Assembly (NCBI GenBank): GCA_907165135.1 | Contig: OU015568.1 | Coordinates: forward strand, 1,116,001 to 1,180,000 | Length of the DNA stretch: 64,000 bases | Origin: Oikopleura dioica | Taxonomy: Eukaryota; Animalia; Chordata | Direction: 5' to 3' | Shown: positions 58,107-64,000 of the stretch, in pieces | How positions within the stretch are numbered: position 1 is the stretch's first letter | Layout: every line of letters starts with the position of its first letter | Made by a program: the position numbers and the translations under genes | The notes under the pieces: model-generated | The model's database searches: none | The model's input: only the letters and a program-made list of their open reading frames with translations | What the model was told of the DNA's origin: nothing

Positions 58107-59229
58107 TTTCCGATTTCAATATGTGTCTTTTTGACTCGGGAAAAGTATTGAATTACTCTACTGATTCTGCTCTTTGGAATTCTAGTTGGTCGAAAATTTG
58201 AACCTGGCGCCCAAGAAGCGTGCGCTCGCGCGACCCCCCAGATTGTTGGTCGCGCGCGCGAAGTTTGAAAAAAATCGATGATGGAAGAAAATGATAAGGG
58301 CTTAATGGGCGGATTATCGCTGCAAAATGCGAGCACTTGATTTTTGATTTTGTTGGTTTCGAATTCTGTTGGGTTATTGATCGAAAAAGGAGGATTAGCG
58401 ATTATCCAATTTTGGATTTTCAAGTCCAAGAGTATCGAATCGCTGAAAAAATTGGGGAGAATTGAATTTGGTGAAGGCTTTTTTATTTAAAGAGCTAAAT
58501 GAAAGGTTCACTTAAAATTGTAAAACAGTATTCAAATAAGACGTATAAAACTATGAGAGAATAATTTTATTTGAGAAAATTTTCCTCTTTTGAGTCTAAT
58601 CTTTTCGGGCATTCTGAACGCAATCCCAATTAAATATCTCGCACAAGACTCCAGAATGTGCGCATTTATTTTGTGAATTTTATTGCTAAATAACTTAATT
58701 TAAATGGCGATCAAGTAGTAAAATTTCCAATCAATGGACGCATCAAGCTGCAAGGTGGTACTTTGAAGTTTTGAGACTCGCGCTTTTTATTAAAAAAAAA
58801 ACAAGAATATTGTCTCGTGTTCACTGTCTACTTTTCATTCTCAGGATAGACCTTGTCTACCGTTTTTAAGGGGATAGATATCAAGAATCGGATTTTTTTG
58901 TAAGTGTTTTCTCAACTTTTTAATAAAGTGACTCCCTTATTTTTCTGCTAAAAATTTATTTCAGGCAATTATCTCTTTCCGATTGTCGTCTAAATGACCA
59001 TTTTTTGAAAGTTAGCGATCTTTGACGATAAATTTTGTTAAAAATTTTTTGAAATTCAAGATTTCAGCGTCCATAGGAAATAACCAAAGGTTGAAAGTTT
59101 TGTTTCCAAAGTAAAATAAGGCTGTTATTATTTTAACTTTGGGAGAAAAATCCGACAGAAAATGGCGATTTTTGATATCTACCTCCTTAAAGACTGTCGA
59201 ACTACAGAAGCAAAGAATTTCAGGGCTCG

Positions 59230-60494
59230 CTTTTTGGACTTTCGAAATCTGTACCCATCAAAAAAGCCCTCGATAGTTATCAATTTCCGAAACTGATGAA
59301 AAGAAGAGCAGAAAATTGAAGAGATTTTGAAGATGTGCCAAGGGCGCGAAAATTATAAATTTTCTGCCGTCGTAATGAAATTTGACATGACCTTGATTGA
59401 AAACTGCTTTTTTGGGTGGGTCGAGGTCGATTATTGCGCAATAATTTGGGTTAATTGAGAGCGAAAAGATTTGATTCCTCAAAAATTTGAAATTTTTCAT
59501 GAAAAATAGGCCTTTTTTCAGACAAAATTCATGTTGATTCGATTTCAACTCCCTCTTCTTTATCCCGGAAATCCCAAAACTAATGGCCCCACTGATCCCC
59601 ATTTTCCTAAAAATTCCTTATCAGCAGGCTCAAGTGCCCGATGCCTTCTAAAATTCCTGATCAAAGGGTTCCTTTTCGAAAAGAATGGTGCAAAACGACA
59701 ATACCCGTTGTCTGAAAAAGTGATCAAAAGGAGGCGCGGTGTTTGGTAAACTAGAAGGGATAAGCTGATCACGTGGGAAGTCGAGGAGCCCTGGACTTGA
59801 CGGATGGAGTCAGTAGATAGGATCAAAGAAGGGAGAGGAAGGGGACAAATTGGGGATGCTGAAAATCACCTTGATGGTGGAAGAGATAATCCTTTGGATA
59901 TTCTCACGACATTCGATTGAGCTCTAGAAATTTCAAAACCATAAGTCTTTAAAATTCTCAAGCTTTTTTATATTTTATAAAATTAAGTTTCTCGAAGCGA
60001 AAATACAAATCCATCCAAGACTTATTCCGCAACTCATTGAATAATTTAACAATTATTTACTTGAAAAAAATTTTTCCCAGGAAGAGCAGGAGATCATTTC
60101 TCCTCTTGAATCTGGGTCAAAATGCAAGAGATGATAAAAATCATCGAGTTGTTTACTGCAACAATAAAACTCTCAAGCCTCATTCTCAGACTCCCTGATT
60201 TACTCACTTCCGAATTTCCGCGAAAAAACTTGAGTTTCGGATGCTTTTTATAGAGTTATAAAATTTGATTAATCTGACAGGGAAGAGTGTTTTCAAAACT
60301 TGCCCTTCTCGCTTCCTAAAACCAATGTCCTCGTGTTTGGGGAAAAGAAGATTAACGAAGAGGGGAATCCGAGGATCGTGTATTCGAGGAGTTCTAGAGC
60401 TCGTGAAAAACCTTGTGGGACGATCCATGTCAGTAACTTCCGGGAAATAAAGAGGCTTACAGATAAGCTCCTTCGTTTTGACTGTATTATTTAA
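59230..60494 (+). CDS. Possible multi-exon gene of unknown function
   Basis: Exon-like open segments (EEQKIEEILKMCQGRENYKF..., 59531-59749, 60256-60494) bounded by AG/GT. I could not assemble a consistent frame. Confidence 0.3.
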
Positions 60495-61417
60495 GGAGAT
60501 ACACATCAGAAGAGCCTCTTTTGAAAAAGGTTATTCTGAATAATTTTATAAGGTTTTAGCCTTTATTTTTCAAAACTATTTTTTCGTTCTTCAGAAAACG
60601 GAAATTTGGCTAACAGATGTTTTTCCATCTTCAAAACTGAAAATAAAATTTCATTGAAAAAGAAGTTAGCGGCGCCACTTGAAAATGTCAACGGTCGCAT
60701 CTTGCTTTTAAATAATTACTCGGAAATGGCGAAATCACAGCGGTGATACTCTTCATCGATCGGCCATCTTTCCTTTTTTTCAAATTTTGCGCACCTGAAA
60801 GTTGCAACTTGCACTTTTCAAGTGTGCGTTTGTGCTACTGGTTTTCCGTTTTATATCTTCAAAAAGTTACTGCAGGTGTCTGATAAATAAAAATATAAAA
60901 AAAAATTGAACTTAAAATTCCAAAAGTCGACAATGAAAAACCGAAAAAAAAATTGATCAAAGACCGGCATGAACTCTTATTAGTCCGCTTTTTCTGTCTG
61001 AAGAGCGATCTTTCTTCGTATATTCGATGATCCCTTGTTTTTAGTGTTTTTCATCGAGTGTCAAACAAGACGATTCTAACCCGTTTTCTTTAACCCGCTC
61101 GAGCGTTTCGTGACACCGCATCATCAAAGCAGTGCTTTTTTGCCTCGACTGAGATGACAGTTCTATCGCTGACGTTGCTTACTGATTCGGTAGACTTTAA
61201 TTTATTCAAACATATGATAACGATTACGAGCATATGATAAAAAAAAGAAGAATAAGCGTTTATATTTCATCGATAAAAAGGATCAACTAGTTAGTATAAA
61301 AGGTAAGTCACTTTTGTTAAAATTGGTTTGAAGTTTTACAGTAAAATATTTACTGTTTATATAATAAACAAATCATGGGCCTTATACAAGGGACTTCGCC
61401 CCCATCCCTCCGTTTGG

Positions 61418-61571
61418 GGAGGTGTCAGGAAGCGACAAAAAATTTCGACAAATTTTGCGTGGAAATTTTCAACCAATCAAAAGCCTGGATTCGCTTTACC
61501 GGTCAATCAGCAGCCGATTTGCCGCCCACGCAAAATTTGTCGAAAATTTTTTGGCGTTTTCAGACGCTTCC
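61418..61571. repeat. ~155-bp imperfect hairpin / MITE-like element
   Basis: Arms 61418-61462 and 61526-61571 share a 20-bp perfect core TTTCGACAAATTTTGCGTGG. Confidence 0.7.
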
Positions 61572-61805
61572 TTGAGCGAATATTATATTTATAGTTTCGT
61601 TGTCAAGTTTATATTGTCTTCGAAATCTGTCTGGAGCTGAAACACACTCAATGAATGTTCAAGTTAATGCTCAATACGAGCATAAGATCAATACAATAAA
61701 TTCCTAGCAGATCAAATTCCCTTACGATTATGTTTACGACTAAAGTAATGCGCCTAATCGAGGATCAATTTGAAGCGCCATCTATATCGCTGTCTATTTT
61801 TTGGA

Positions 61806-61813
61806 TATATAAA
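61806..61813 (+). promoter_or_regulatory. TATA box of the 61873 gene
   Basis: TATATAAA ~60 nt upstream of the ATG, followed by an A/C-rich leader. Confidence 0.5.
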
Positions 61814-61872
61814 CGCCCATCTTTCTCTCAAAGCATCATCAAAAACATTCAATCTAACAAAAATCAACAAGA

Positions 61873-62124
61873 ATGTCTTACTTCACCGATCACTCAATCA
61901 ACGCTATCTTGGGTGGTGACGGCCGACTCTGCTCTAGAACTGACTACGACTCCGACGACTCCAACTCGCGACATGAAAAGTACTCCGAGTACTATCAATT
62001 TCACGATGACAAGGAGTACGAGCACGGAAAAGCGATCGAAGGGATGAACATGTTCATGAATCGGTTTATTCAGGAAAATATGGACATTGTTCAAGGTCTC
62101 CGGGCACAAAGCTTCAAGAAATAA
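61873..62124 (+). CDS. 83-aa intronless protein with an N-terminal eh1/octapeptide-like motif
   Basis: MSYFTDHSINAILGG..., upstream TATA, AATAAA at the stop and at ~62190. Confidence 0.65.
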   Translation: MSYFTDHSINAILGGDGRLCSRTDYDSDDSNSRHEKYSEYYQFHDDKEYEHGKAIEGMNMFMNRFIQENMDIVQGLRAQSFKK

Positions 62125-62727
62125 AACCGACAAAATCTTCCTTCGCTTGTTTGATTCTTTCTTTCCTGCGTTTTACTGCCTCTTATTTGAATAAATTTGT
62201 GTTTCAGTGTTTTCCATTTTTGCTATTTTTTGCCTAGACTCGTATGTTTGCGGATAAATAATCTTATATTCAACTTGATGAATTAAAGAGATATTTTTTT
62301 AAACGATCATTTATTGCTTTTTCTTAATATAATTCAAATAAAATCATTAAATTGATTATTACCAATAAGAGACATAAATTATGTCACATAATCCCAGTCT
62401 AACAAGCTCTAGACTTGGCCTCAGGCATATTTTTATCTGTATGTTAATATCAAGAACATATTCCTTCTGCTGAAAACAATATAGGAAACATTGAAAGGTC
62501 AAGTAAAAACCTTTCTTACAGAGGTCGAATCCGGTTGGAACTTGGTTAATGACGAAAATGATGACCCCCCTAATTCATTGAATAAAATGGCCTGAGGGCG
62601 TTTTGTGTGTGTGTTCTGCAAGTGTGATAGCGTATTTGGCGGTGGTGGTGCTGGTGTGTGGGCGTCCCGTCACTCAGAAGGCTGCTGCTGAAGTGAGCTT
62701 GACCAGCATTCACTTTACCGCACCCAA

Positions 62728-64000
62728 ATGCGCTTCCCCGGATACATCGCTTTTATAGGTTCGTTAATTTTGGTTCGAAAATTCATTGGAGAGAAAATTT
62801 CATGAAAATTATAGAGATTTTACGAAGAAAAATGAAAATTTTAAGCCATCTTTTCGCCGCTTCTGGCAAAATATCAAGACAGAAAACCTTTAAAATTTCA
62901 TTTTTCAATTTTTTTTTTGAATATTTATGCCGTGATAAAAATCAAGAAAAAGGGGGAAAGGTTTCATATCTCTTTTAAGGTGCTGCCCGCGCTGAAGACA
63001 GTTGTCCCCCACCACCATCAGTCTCTTATGCTTCCTTTGATTATGTAACTGGAAGCAGCACTGCATCCTACTCCTGCCAGGCCGGTTTTTGCTTTGAAAA
63101 CGAGCGAACTCGAACAATCGACAGTAATTGCCAGGTGTGTTTTAGGATAAAATACTTAAGAATGAATCATCATTTTATGTCAAAATTAATTTTTTAAAAA
63201 TTCATTTTCAGGGAGGCGAATGGTCATCAGTTCCCTCTTGCAAGCCTTGTAATGCATGTGTCCTCCCCCAGGTCGATGCTAATCAGAATATCAACTGGAA
63301 CGTTGATGACTGGACAGCCTCGATCTCTTGTGTTGAGGATGGCGCTGTCCTCGAGCCAGGCACCGACATTACAGAGATGAAAATCAGCTGTATTGAAGGT
63401 GGCAAGTGGGCCCGAGACGTGCCAGTTTGCTCCCGACCAAGCAAAGTCACCTGTGGCGATGATCACATTGAAGTCGTCGTCGACAAGAGCCTTTTCCGCG
63501 CAAAAGGATGGGACGCAAGCACATCCAACGTCTTCCTTGCCGGACCTGGATCAAATTTAATGAGCATCAACGACGTCGACAACTCTTGCTTCGCAACTGA
63601 AGACGCTGATGGAAACTACCGAGTTCGAATCGAAGCTCCCTTCATGGGCCAGTGCGGTACCCAAGCTGCGATCGAAGACCAGGATTACATCTTTTCGAAC
63701 AAGATCAAGTGGCGAGTAGAGAACGATTTCACCGTCAAGGATGCTGAGGTCCTCGATTTCACCTGCAACTACCGAGGCGTTTTCATGGCTGGCCTTCCTC
63801 AACTCGTCAAGCTCGCTATTAATACCAAAACCTACTCTGATCCAAGGTAAACAAAGCCAATCTTCGCCCACATAATCCTCTTTATAGCACTGAGGAGGAT
63901 TTTACCGTCTCCATGTCCGTCTACGATCGCGCCAACTACACCGGATTGGTCGACAACATCCCCCTCCTCCATCGAGGAAAACGATATTTCGTCGATCTCC
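62728..64000 (+). CDS. Secreted protein with two sushi/CCP domains + ZP module (runs off the window)
   Basis: MRFPGYIAFI|GAARA signal. CPPPP...YSCQAGF...C..G.WS.VPSC. VTCGDDHIEVVVDK...CGT...FSNKI...FTCNY (ZP-N). FTVSMSVY (start of ZP-C). Confidence 0.85.

Noticed and set aside
1-64000. CRISPR arrays, rRNA, tRNA or prokaryotic operons
   Set aside because: No repeat-spacer arrays or structural RNA signatures were seen. The DNA is eukaryotic with spliceosomal introns, so the track's TTG/GTG starts are not meaningful.

Overview
AT-rich, gene-dense animal genomic DNA with many 34-60 nt introns. The style is very like the appendicularian tunicate Oikopleura dioica, but the taxon is inferred from intron size, gene density and gene families, not from a search. 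The ORF track therefore shows exon fragments, and I reassembled about 25 spliced genes by hand. They include two CUB proteins, an 8-repeat Ly6/uPAR-like secreted protein, an SH2-PH adaptor, a divergent homeobox gene, a 2-Cys peroxiredoxin with a truncated tandem copy, SLC52, XKR, an SLC6A6-like transporter, a kinase/papain-fold fusion, VWA, a peritrophin, a trypsin-like protease, a Kazal protein, a duplicated HRM single-pass receptor-like gene, a kelch-like gene, FBXO8, a class A GPCR and a sushi-ZP protein. The mobile-element load is high: a full Ty3/gypsy element with apparently identical 255-bp LTRs inside a 36-nt intron, three hAT MITEs, a Tc1/mariner-type MITE inside a coding exon, TTAA-flanked MITEs, and two Penelope-type insertions carrying hammerhead ribozymes. 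The most notable signals are (i) three hammerhead ribozyme copies in two independent TSD-flanked insertions, one positioned to cleave the host mRNA; (ii) the host of that insertion, a kinase fused to a papain-like domain; (iii) an exonic MITE that can be spliced out in frame as a new intron; (iv) a class-B-GPCR ectodomain protein lacking the 7TM bundle; and (v) an eh1/octapeptide-only microprotein. All exon structures are manual inferences without transcript data, and several frameshifts may be assembly errors.
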